From NCBI GenBank assembly GCA_018985225.1, contig JADGIF010000019.1:1-32000 (forward strand): DNA of 32,000 nucleotides. Direction: 5' to 3'. The notes below the pieces were generated by a model. The model was given only the letters and a program-made list of their open reading frames with translations. It ran no database searches and had not been told where the DNA came from. A program made the translations under genes and the position numbers. Shown here piece by piece: positions 20,792 through 30,242 of the stretch. This DNA comes from Amoeboradix gromovi X-113. Its lineage: Eukaryota; Fungi; Sanchytriomycota. The first letter of the stretch is position 1; the number at the start of each line of letters is the position of its first letter.

Positions 20792-21946
20792 TTAAAATTC
20801 TGGTCTTAATTTTGCCATTTCAACCTTCTTGACAACTGTCAAATAAGTCTCCAAAAAGTCATACACCTTTGGTTTCGCACTTGAATGCCATTTCTCCTCT
20901 GGCATCCCCATTTCCCAGTTGTAGTAATCCAATGGTTTACAAATCTGAATAAATGTAATCATTCTTCCTTTTCCAGGGAAATCAACATCAGAACACATTT
21001 CATATGCCAAATTACCAACTCTGAATAAAATCATATATCTCTGAAATACATATGACCATTTTCTTCTATAATCATCAATTTGAATCGCTTCCTCATCTCC
21101 ACTCTTCATTGATACCGCCCAATCTTTGTATGCTTTATAGTCATCATGAGGCCCTGATTTACTGAATGCATTTCTTATTGTTCTGATGCACTTGGACATT
21201 TCTGAGGATCCATATTGTTGCATCATATTTGCAAGTTCAATGGCCAATGTAAGTTTAGCATCATTTGACAGTGAACTAGACAGCGTGTCAGATGGTGGTA
21301 ATTTATTGTCATTAAAAGGGAAATCATACTGCTCAACTGCTAATTTAAAACAAGTGCAAGTGACTTGGTTATCAATACACAGCAATCTTTTGATAATTGG
21401 TAGCAACTGGGCTTCAAAAGTCAACTTGTATGCATCAGAAAGTGTCAACCAATCTACTGCAACCCTATTGGCAGTCTTTGTATGCAAATTCATCCAAAAG
21501 TCAAATGCCAATGGATGTGTAGCCTTAAATGCATCATCCAATATGTTTGCTTCTGGGTTCACAGCAGGTAACTGAGAGAGCTGATTTGTTGTCAAGACGG
21601 CATTCTTGATGGATTCCAATTTGGAAATGTTATTGGAGACCATTTTACGATAATCTCCAGAATTGAAAATCTTCCATTTTAAATAACCAAGAGAACTGTG
21701 GAGTTCTTTCATTTCCTTTCTTTTTGCTAAAATAGTTTCCAAATTAACAGCAACTTGATCAATAAAGTCAAACAACGGTTTAAATTGAATATCCTTTCTA
21801 TTTGCATCCAATATTGCAAGATTGTCTAAATTATTCTTTAAATCCACAACTTCTGGTACGACTTCCTTGACATCTTCTGCTAGTTTTACAATACACTGTA
21901 TTGCATATATAATTGTATCTTTTGGAATTTTACTGAGTTGGTCCAT
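20792..21946 (-). CDS. Protein with N-terminal MLKL/RPW8/HeLo-like helical bundle and a Cbl-N-like EF-hand region
   Basis: The first ~125 aa are amphipathic helices ending LKWKIFNSGDYRKMVSNNISKLE. AFDFW...VDWLTL...LLCIDNQVT...F resembles the Cbl EF-hand pattern (AEFW..VPW..F..DYISVFEF). Domain calls are by eye. Confidence 0.55.
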   Translation of the reverse strand: MDQLSKIPKDTIIYAIQCIVKLAEDVKEVVPEVVDLKNNLDNLAILDANRKDIQFKPLFDFIDQVAVNLETILAKRKEMKELHSSLGYLKWKIFNSGDYRKMVSNNISKLESIKNAVLTTNQLSQLPAVNPEANILDDAFKATHPLAFDFWMNLHTKTANRVAVDWLTLSDAYKLTFEAQLLPIIKRLLCIDNQVTCTCFKLAVEQYDFPFNDNKLPPSDTLSSSLSNDAKLTLAIELANMMQQYGSSEMSKCIRTIRNAFSKSGPHDDYKAYKDWAVSMKSGDEEAIQIDDYRRKWSYVFQRYMILFRVGNLAYEMCSDVDFPGKGRMITFIQICKPLDYYNWEMGMPEEKWHSSAKPKVYDFLETYLTVVKKVEMAKLRPEF

Positions 21947-22225
21947 TGTGCAAGTGTGTTTTGACTACAACCCCGAGAGGAATTCTGCACACGGTAGTAG
22001 ATAACAATACTGGAAAAATTAATTGTTTACTGTTTGAATTTTCATAATGGAACCAAGGCTCTGTGAAGATTTTATATTGTTTCCCTTGAGCATGATACAC
22101 AGGTACGTTGATATTTGTTTCGAAAAAAATACGCCACGAAAGGCTTGATCAGACAAATCAAAAAAAAGCGACGTATAAATACATTTTGACCATAAATAAA
22201 GAGCACTTTGGGCGTCTGAAGTAGA

Positions 22226-24376
22226 ATGCAGAACCAAGAAGAACCCCCAACCTACGCTCAAGTTAGAGAATCAATATTTTTGGAAGCAACAACTTTAGAC
22301 ATGGTTGAATATAGTGAAAATGAAGACTATATGCATTATTTTTTTGTCAAAGACTCTGCTTATGATGGTTTATTATTGAAGCACTGTATCTTGAACGGTG
22401 TGTATATATTACAGAACAGAAAACAACTGATGTATCATGCCAATCATAAACCCTATAAAGTGGAGTCTGGTGTTTGGGATCCATTGCTTATCGATCCACA
22501 TCTATTAAAACCACAGTTTGTAGAGTTGAATGACGATGAGCCCGATAAAAATCTTAAACTGGGATTTAAACACTTTGCTTCCTCGCAGAAACGCCCTTCT
22601 TCAGATCAGGGGAGTAATCGAAGGTTTAAATCCACCATTGAAGTTAAAAATAGATATAATGTGTTGCTTTCGTTTTTCACAAGAAGTGCTACTGTTGTTT
22701 GCATTTTGTTTTTGGCGTTAGGATTAGACATTTCATTTAGAGGATCTGGATTAGTAAATGCTTGGTATATGGAGTTGGCAAACATTCAAGTTTATTCCTG
22801 TTTTGCTGCCCACTTTTCTCTCTATTTGATGCTTCGTTGGATTAAAGAACTACTTGTCTTGTATGAAAGTCACTGGCTCTTGTCTTTTTTTGTGTCATTT
22901 GAAAGACCTTGTTATTATCTAAGAATTGATTTCTCGTATTCGTCTTTCTTGTTGTACCATATCGATTTTATGATTGGAATTACAACTTTGCAAAAGGTTT
23001 GTCAAGATCCGCCAAAAAATTCATTCTCTTTGGTTTGGAGCACTGCCTTGGCAATTGGTATATTATTAGCCAATTCTTTAGATTGGATAAAGAAGATCCC
23101 CCTAGCAAATCAATTGCTAACATTTTTGGATACATCTGATGTATTTATTGCAGGATATGGCAACTACAGACCAATTTATAGTGCAGTATTCCAAAATATT
23201 GTCGATAGTGTCAATTTAAAAGAAAAGAAATCAGAGGAGGTTGATGAGTATATTTACAGAACTTGTAAAAGCTTGCGTAATGAAATGAAATTGACCGAAT
23301 CAAGACCATTATTTGTGTCTGTGCCAGAGTTTTACTACAACTACGTCGTAAATGCTATTGCTATTGTTCCTTGTGTCTCCAATATGGACCGGGCTGTTCA
23401 TCAAGTTCTTGCACATGATCTCTTATCCTTTACAATGTACAATGTGTTGTCAGAAATTGAAAAGGTTAAAGCACCTGCTGATTCTGAACCACCAATTCCC
23501 AGTAGAATTGCAAATGACTTTTGGAAATATTCCCAGTGCGGAAGGCCTTCTATTCAAAGGCGTGTTGTACCAACTGTTGGTTTGAACTGGATAAATGAAA
23601 TCGCATCTATTTTTATGGTTCTTGTTGGGTTTGTTTGCTGGATATTCTATTCCATAATAGTGACTTTGACGAATTTCTTCACAACAGAAAAGGTGTCTCC
23701 CATTGAATATCTAAACTATTTTTCAAAGAAGATTATGTGCATACCACTTTTAAATTATGGAGATTTGACAAGAGGTTTGCTATTTGCAATGTGGCAGCCA
23801 ATTGATCAAATATCGGAGGATTCTTTGGAAGTTGTCATTCGAATTATTATTCAGCACCAATATCCAAAATTTGAAAGCAATATTGGATTAAGACTACCCA
23901 AAGTGGTGCTTATACCCGGTGTTGTTTGCTGCATGGTTGCCTCAATTCTTGAAGGGATTTGGTTTGGAATCTTTGGAATGTTTAATGGAAACAAACATTG
24001 GAAAAGGAATATTTCATGGCATAGTTTATACAAATCATATACCGGATGGAAACCTATTTTATCACGGAATAATAGAATAAATGAGTTGCTGGGAGAAGGG
24101 TTACTAGTTACTGCGATTGTTTTGACACACAATGAGAACGCCAAATTTGATATCTGTCAAAATTGTATACGCTTTAACCAAACTGCACTGAACCAAAATA
24201 TCATCAATTGGCGACTCGAGTTAAAGGTAGACTTTGAAATTGAAGCGCAAAATAATATCCCTAATAATGTGGCTGGGAACGAAGAAAATCGCCCATTGAT
24301 TCAAAATAATGAAAATATTGTTGCCGTGTCCGAAGATGGAATCGAGTTGAGAATAATAAGTGACCATTTAAAGTAG
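22226..24376 (+). CDS. Uncharacterised multi-pass membrane protein
   Basis: Intact 716-aa ORF with several hydrophobic segments and an N-terminal PPTY (PPxY) motif. Confidence 0.7.
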   Translation: MQNQEEPPTYAQVRESIFLEATTLDMVEYSENEDYMHYFFVKDSAYDGLLLKHCILNGVYILQNRKQLMYHANHKPYKVESGVWDPLLIDPHLLKPQFVELNDDEPDKNLKLGFKHFASSQKRPSSDQGSNRRFKSTIEVKNRYNVLLSFFTRSATVVCILFLALGLDISFRGSGLVNAWYMELANIQVYSCFAAHFSLYLMLRWIKELLVLYESHWLLSFFVSFERPCYYLRIDFSYSSFLLYHIDFMIGITTLQKVCQDPPKNSFSLVWSTALAIGILLANSLDWIKKIPLANQLLTFLDTSDVFIAGYGNYRPIYSAVFQNIVDSVNLKEKKSEEVDEYIYRTCKSLRNEMKLTESRPLFVSVPEFYYNYVVNAIAIVPCVSNMDRAVHQVLAHDLLSFTMYNVLSEIEKVKAPADSEPPIPSRIANDFWKYSQCGRPSIQRRVVPTVGLNWINEIASIFMVLVGFVCWIFYSIIVTLTNFFTTEKVSPIEYLNYFSKKIMCIPLLNYGDLTRGLLFAMWQPIDQISEDSLEVVIRIIIQHQYPKFESNIGLRLPKVVLIPGVVCCMVASILEGIWFGIFGMFNGNKHWKRNISWHSLYKSYTGWKPILSRNNRINELLGEGLLVTAIVLTHNENAKFDICQNCIRFNQTALNQNIINWRLELKVDFEIEAQNNIPNNVAGNEENRPLIQNNENIVAVSEDGIELRIISDHLK

Positions 24377-25104
24377 AAGTCCCTCAACACCGATGAATAA
24401 ACAAATTATTATAACTTCTTTTAATATCTTAAATAGCATGCAAGAGATAAATAAGACTTAGTTTCAGTAACAAAATTAAACGTAGAGTCCAACAACAAAT
24501 AAACAGTGGACTGGCATGACTTATAACTAAGGAATTCAAAATAAATGGCAATCTAGAAGACATCTTTGAGCGTCCTCTTTGTATAATGATGTATGTCGTT
24601 TCTTGTGCCACTTTTGAATCGACTGTACAGCAATTTGGAATTAACTGCCAACAAGTGATTTAATGGCGAGTACATTTTCAAGAGACGGACAATTGAGATT
24701 GCGAATTTGATTGCTACACGAGAAGTTTTTCCAATCGTATATACTTCTACAAGCAGTATTTTTTACAAATCGTAATTTGATTAGTACGTAAATTCAAGAA
24801 ATCCAATTTTATTGTTGATGCATACGCGTGTTGGTCACACGCATCTAAAAACAGTGATCCATTGGCAATTTAATTGGATGACAACGTAAAACTTAATTTC
24901 CGTCTTTCATATATTCGTGGCGATGCCAAGGACAAAATGGCAATTAATTGAGTGATTGATAGAAGCGCAAGGAATGGATAACGAGTGTAAAACCTACAGT
25001 ATATGCTTCCTTGGAAAGTGGAAAGATATTTACCAATGATCAAGGCAAGTGAATAAAGATGACTTGGTTCCAGAATTTTAAATAAATTATATTTTCATAC
25101 ATAT

Positions 25105-25310
25105 GGGACATCAAATACAAAAACTAGACTAAGTCGAAAACTTTCGAAATTGGAAAATAGTATTTATAAAATCTCTAATAAATCATCTTTTCAAAAATTC
25201 TAATATTGAAGCTTTCTGACTATCGCCTATTGAGATATTCGAATCTGAGATTAATATTGAAAATCAATGTAAAAGTAGACAACATTTCGGACCAATCAAA
25301 GAGATTGATA
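25105..25310 (+). repeat. Second, internal copy of the element's left end (direct repeat of 16928-17098)
   Basis: ATAT|GGGACATCAAATACAAAAACTAGACTAAGTCGAAAACTTTCGAAATTGGAAAATAG...AAATCTCTAATAAATCATCTTT...TTAATATTGAAAATCAAT...CCAATCAA. Confidence 0.9.
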
Positions 25311-25510
25311 TGACTAAGAGCTTGATGTTCTTATAGAAATGAACAAAATACTAATAAGTGGTTACTACAAAGGAACTAAACTTGAAGATTCATCTAAATT
25401 CAGCGAAAATAAAACTATAACTGGGTGACTATATTCTTATCAGGGTTGTCCCTAAATTCCGACACGTTCAGGGAATATAAAATGTTAAAGGGGAATCTTT
25501 AAAACACTGA

Positions 25511-26720
25511 ATGTCAAGTAACGAAGACATCAATAGATTGTTGGAAACGACGCTTGGTGGGCTGGAAACGAAGCTTGATAACACGGCAACCAAGGACGAT
25601 ATAAGCTTTATCACAGAGGCAAACTTGAAAGATTTGGCAACCAAGGATGACATTAAGAAATGGGTGTTAAGATTTGCAAGAATTTAGAGACTTTGAACAA
25701 CAACATGGTAGTGATATGCGAATCTATTACAGGTCGTTTACGTGGGCTTGGACAATGTACGGTTTCTTTTTAGAGTTTGCCATTGAAAACAAGATGAAGT
25801 CGGATTATGGAGATACTTATGTCAAGGGATTCTCAATAACAAATATTGATGGGATTTTGCAGCTGCACACCAGAAGCAACCGATAATCCACTTCAAGCCA
25901 TTACATTGAGATGGAAGATCATGCTATGAAACTGATAGAAATATTAGACGACAGTGAATTGGTTAAATGTGCACACGGTTTGTCAAGGGAGCTCAAGTAT
26001 TTAAATTATGCAACCAAGTATTTGAACGAATTACTAAGTATGTATGATTTAGAGGGTAAGGACGACAAGAAGATTGTTGAAATGATTATTGGGAGATGTA
26101 AGTTGATTAGAGGTCGCCTGTGTGGCATATTTTTAGTGTCTTTAACTGCAGCAGTGTTTATGTACAAACAGGACACTAAAGAAATGAAATGTATTACCAA
26201 TTTCCGGAGGTTTGTATCGGAATTGGGTTAAAGTGACTTGAAGAATTGCATTAATGAATATGAAATTATTTTCCAGGCTAAATATGAAATTGACCATCGT
26301 GGCTATGTTAGATATGATGCGTCCGCAAAGACTCTGAAAATTGAAATTTTGTGAAACCAAATCCCAATTAAATGAGTCCTTATACAGCGAACAGACACTA
26401 AAGAGAATGGATTCAACACGATCAGAATTGGTTGGAGAATTAGAGGCAAATTATGTTGAACAAATTCGTGTGGATTATAAAAAGAAGAAATATCTGAAGA
26501 AGGCAATTACGCAGTCTGCTAGAAATTTACTAGTTTATTTTATGGGAATATATCTTTTTATTGATGTGGAAAAGTCGAATTAAATGGAAGAATATTAACA
26601 TTTCAATCAGAGGAGAAGAAGACAACACTTGATATCGATACAAAGGGTGTATTAAAAGAATTGAAAATTCCAGAGGCTCTACTATCTCAGATTTCTTTTA
26701 CTGCATATCAACAAAAATAA
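25511..26720 (+). pseudogene. Frameshifted coiled-coil + PD-(D/E)XK-like nuclease-fold gene
   Basis: N-terminal ATKDDI x2. ORFs 25674-25886 and 25911-26231 share a frame, separated by TAA. The frame continues YEIDHRGY...KIEI/CETKS...KKAITQSARNL. Confidence 0.5.
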
Positions 26721-26974
26721 ATAAATTTCAAGTTACTTGTTTCACACTCAAGAAACGAGTCTTATTGGTTACCCAGAGACCGAATCACAATTAGTCTTGA
26801 GTTTATTGGTTCTCTATAAATCACAACAAGATGTAAATTAATAAGATATCACTTCATTTTTATATTAGTTACATAAAATTGTGATATTTGATTGGTTAGG
26901 TATAGTTGGTCTAGTTTTTATATTTGAATTGCAATGTTATTTTCAAATTGAAATATCTCAAAATGTAATTTTTT

Positions 26975-27005
26975 GACTTAGTCTAGTTTTTATATTTGGT
27001 GTTCC
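26975..27005 (-). repeat. Right terminal inverted repeat (31 bp)
   Basis: GACTTAGTCTAGTTTTTATATTTGGTGTTCC. Confidence 0.92.
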
Positions 27006-27148
27006 ATTTACTAGTCAGACATGTACAAGGTGTGGTACTTTAAAAAACCAACTTAGAAACATGCAATCGTACCAACTACCATTTGGAAATAGATAGAGAT
27101 CGCATGGCAGCAAGGAACATATACATCAAGTATCTGCATCCTTATTGA
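27006..27148 (+). pseudogene. Fanzor2/TnpB pseudogene, part downstream of the insertion (Zn finger + RuvC-III)
   Basis: TSQTCTRCGTLK / TNLETCNRTNYHLEIDRDRMAARNIYIKYLHPY*, with a frameshift in the A-run at 27042-27047. DRD..AARNI is the TnpB/Fanzor RuvC-III motif. Confidence 0.88.
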
Positions 27149-27457
27149 ATCCCGCAGCCCCTGAGTGTTCTTGCTTTACAAATCCCATAAAAGCATTTTA
27201 ATGAATACGTTCAACTTAATTTTAAAGTAATTTTTGACAAGGAATCCGTTTAGGACTAGCAGAATTGAATGTTTGTTAAAGTGGTTATCTAACAAGTAGT
27301 TGGTTCTAGGAAAATGTGCGCTAATCTAAAAAAGTGATAAAATATGGAATAAAATTAGCAGTTTTCTACATACTGTATAACCGTATAACGTGAGCAGATT
27401 GAGACAAAATATTTATTTTTGCAATTGTCGGGGTCTAATTTCATTACAACTCAATCT

Positions 27458-30242
27458 ATGCCATTAATAGAGCCTTTGGAGATATGGAAGTTAGAACAGA
27501 ATGCTAAAAATGTTAGAAATATCAGTCTATTCGCACACGTAGACCACGGAAAAAGTAGTTTAGCGGATCATTTAATTGCTTCAAATGGTGTATTTCATAC
27601 TAAAATGGCGTCTAAAATGAGGTATCTTGACTATAGACCGGATGAAATCCAACGCGGTATTACAATGAAATCGGCTGGAATATCTTTGATACACAAAAAG
27701 GTCGAGGATAATCGGCAATTTGTTTTCCATTTAATTGACAACCCTGGACACCTGGATTTCATTCAGGAGACATTTTTAACATCCTATTTAACAGATGGAG
27801 CTATTTTTCTCGTTGATGTCGTTGAAGGATTAACTCTTAGTGGTCGAGGAATGTTGTTTAAGTTATTGGATCACCGTATTCCTATAGTACTAGTTCTAAA
27901 TAAAATGGATAGACTAATCATAGAACGCCAAATGACACCCTCTGAGTCCTATGATACTTTAATTGGTCTGATTAGCAAAATTAATCATGCAGTTGGTGAA
28001 TGGCACGCGGTGAATCAGGTGGGTAACTGCGACCCATTAGAAGTGGAATGGTTTGAAGATTTCTTCCATCCCTTAAAGTCTAATGTCGTTTTCTGCTCTG
28101 CTAGTGACGGATGGGCATTTCGTACCATAGATTTTGCTAACTTGTATTCCGACATATGGGGTATTCCTTTGCATAAGATCCACTCATTCTTGTGGGGACC
28201 GTTCTATCCCAACCCTAATTCACCCGATAGAGCATCAACAATCAGTAAATTATCTCCACAACTGCTAACCAAAGCAAAACAAGGAAAACTGAACTATTGT
28301 TCTGTTGAATGGATGTTCAGGATGATATGGACAATTTACTCAGCAAGTGGACAAAAGGTAGTACCTGAGATATCTATAGAACTAGATGTGATCTTGAGCA
28401 AATTAAAAATCAATTTAAATCCAAGAGACAAGTTGCTCATAAATAGTAATAAAAAGAAATTTAGTCCCAAAGATTGTGTGTCTACTGTATTTAGGTATTG
28501 GCTTCCAGTCAGCAGATGTATTCTAGAAGCCTCCATAGAGTGTTTTCCAGATCCAATATTATCAGCCCGCTATCGATTAAACACAAAGCTAACAAACAAT
28601 GAGTGGTTTGGATTTAAGTGGGGTCTACTAGTATATCCTTCCAAAAGATTTGGAGGACCAACTAACAACTTAAGTGGAAAATGGCCAGAATATCCACCAT
28701 GGTGTAACAAAATGAATTCAGATTTCAGTTGGGAGCAGTACGTTTTCCAAGGTGAAATTGAAAAAGACCAGTTGCTGGCGTTTAACTGTAAGCTTATTAC
28801 GGCTGAAGAAAGAGATATAATACGACCAGATACAAATTTGCAATTGTTAGAAGCAGAAATGGCATTAAACACTCAAAATCCGAGTGAAAATCATTCTGAT
28901 GCTGTGATATTGGGTATATGCCGTGTGTATTCAGGATACTTAAAACCCGATGCGGATTACTTCATCAGATTACCGAAAAATGACGGAAATATAAAATTGA
29001 AGATTAAATCAGTTTTTATCTTGATGGGTAGGAGCTATGCCCAAGTGCCATTGCTATATCCAGGTAGCATAGGTGCAATTGAATTTTATGATTTGGATGA
29101 TTCAACTTTGCGTCAGCTACGGTTGTTCACTTTTTCAAATATTTCAGAGTTCCCTGATTTGACATTTCAATCAGAGGAAGAAGAAGTAGCCCTTATTAAA
29201 GTTGCGCTAGAACCAGAAGATCCGAGATTGTACAACACATTCTTAAAGGGCCTAGATTGGTTGAGTATAATTGACCCGGCAGTGAACATCGAACATCTGG
29301 GTACTGGTGAAAATGTACTTATTTGTGCGGGTGAATTGCATCTAGAAAGGTGCATTAATGATTTGAAAGAGTACCTGAACATGAGTATTACTGTTTCTGA
29401 GCCATTAGTACCGTTTAGAGAGTGTGTATCTATGCAATCAAATAAATTAGTAGAATTGGACGATATCTCATTCAAACTCACTTGTTTTAATACTTTAAAT
29501 CTTGAACGTCCTGCTATTGGTCATGTCAAGTATAATGATACAGTATATGAGGTATTATTGAGTGATTCAAAAAAAAAGAATAATTTAATAATTTGTAATT
29601 TAGACAATGATGCTATAGAGTCAGCTATCTGCTCAGGGTTTCAATTAGCGTGTGCAAACGGACCATTGTGTCATGAACCGCTGTTGAACGTTGGCTTTTT
29701 GATAGAGGACTTGATGATTACGGAAAATAGTGCTGAATGGGCCAGATATGCACCATTAATTAGAGACCAGCTGCTAGCTATAATTATGACCAGTGGACCT
29801 AGAATAGCATTAGCCATGTATGAAGTGGATATAGACTGTCTGACAGAGAGCATTGGAAAAGTATATCAAGTGGTTAACAAAAGAAAAGGATTTGTAGTTG
29901 GTGAATCTATGCAAGAAGGTACCAACTATTTTACAATAAAAGCTAAAATTCCAGTAGTGGAGAGTATGGGTGTGAGTGACGGTAATTACCATTGATGTAG
30001 AGATAAGAAAAAAATCATCCGGTGCAGCACACCCTCAGTTAATATTTGTTGGATTTCATGTACTTGAGGAAGACCCTCTATGGAAACCGACAACAATAGA
30101 GGAGCTTGAGGATTATGGAGACACGGCAGACCGTGAGAATGTGGCAAAAAGGTATGTAGACATGGTCCAAAAAAGAAAAGGAATAATAAAAGATCGAGAT
30201 ATTGCAGAAGGGGAGAAAGAGTCAGGAACGAAGAGGCAATGA
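27458..30242 (+). CDS. EFL1: Elongation factor-like GTPase 1 (Ria1), exons 27458-29981 and 30001-30242
   Basis: AHVDHGKSSLAD, RGITMKS, LIDNPGHLDF, NKMDRLI, AGELHLERC and GPLCHEP. Splicing gives ESMGVSD-E-IRKKSSGAAHPQLIF...ELEDYGD. Confidence 0.93.
29982..30000 (+). other. 19-nt spliceosomal intron in EFL1
   Basis: GTAATTACCATTGATGTAG, phase 1 (G|AG = Glu). Removal restores the conserved DEIRK.SSGAA.PQL. Confidence 0.9.

Larger units (their letters stand above)
16928..27005 (+). mobile_element. 10,078-bp non-autonomous cargo-carrying TIR element, ATTT TSD
   Basis: ATTT(16924-16927)|GGGACATCAAATATAAAAACTAGACTAAGTC ... GACTTAGTCTAGTTTTTATATTTGGTGTTCC|ATTT(27006-27009). The TIRs match at 29/31 positions, and the empty site restores a Fanzor2 reading frame. 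Confidence 0.9.

Noticed and set aside
25674-26360. TAA/TAG reassigned to Gln (aphelid-like alternative code)
   Set aside because: Conserved host genes end at TAA or TAG at the expected positions, and this region also has frameshifts, so pseudogenisation explains the in-frame stops.
16928-27005. Starship, Polinton or LTR element
   Set aside because: I could not recognise a DUF3435 tyrosine recombinase, polB, integrase, capsid or RT motif. The element has symmetric 31-bp TIRs shared with MITEs.
170-27005. CRISPR array suggested by the recurring ~30-bp repeat
   Set aside because: The repeats are dispersed inverted pairs with TSDs, not regularly spaced direct repeats, and the context is eukaryotic.
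952-29992. Many 60-130 aa antisense or overlapping ORFs (e.g. 952-1158, 3323-3646, 14875-15177, 21186-21575, 28570-28872)
   Set aside because: Shadow ORFs of well-supported genes, with no motifs.
29976-30242. Separate 88-aa gene
   Set aside because: It is exon 2 of EFL1 after the 19-nt intron.
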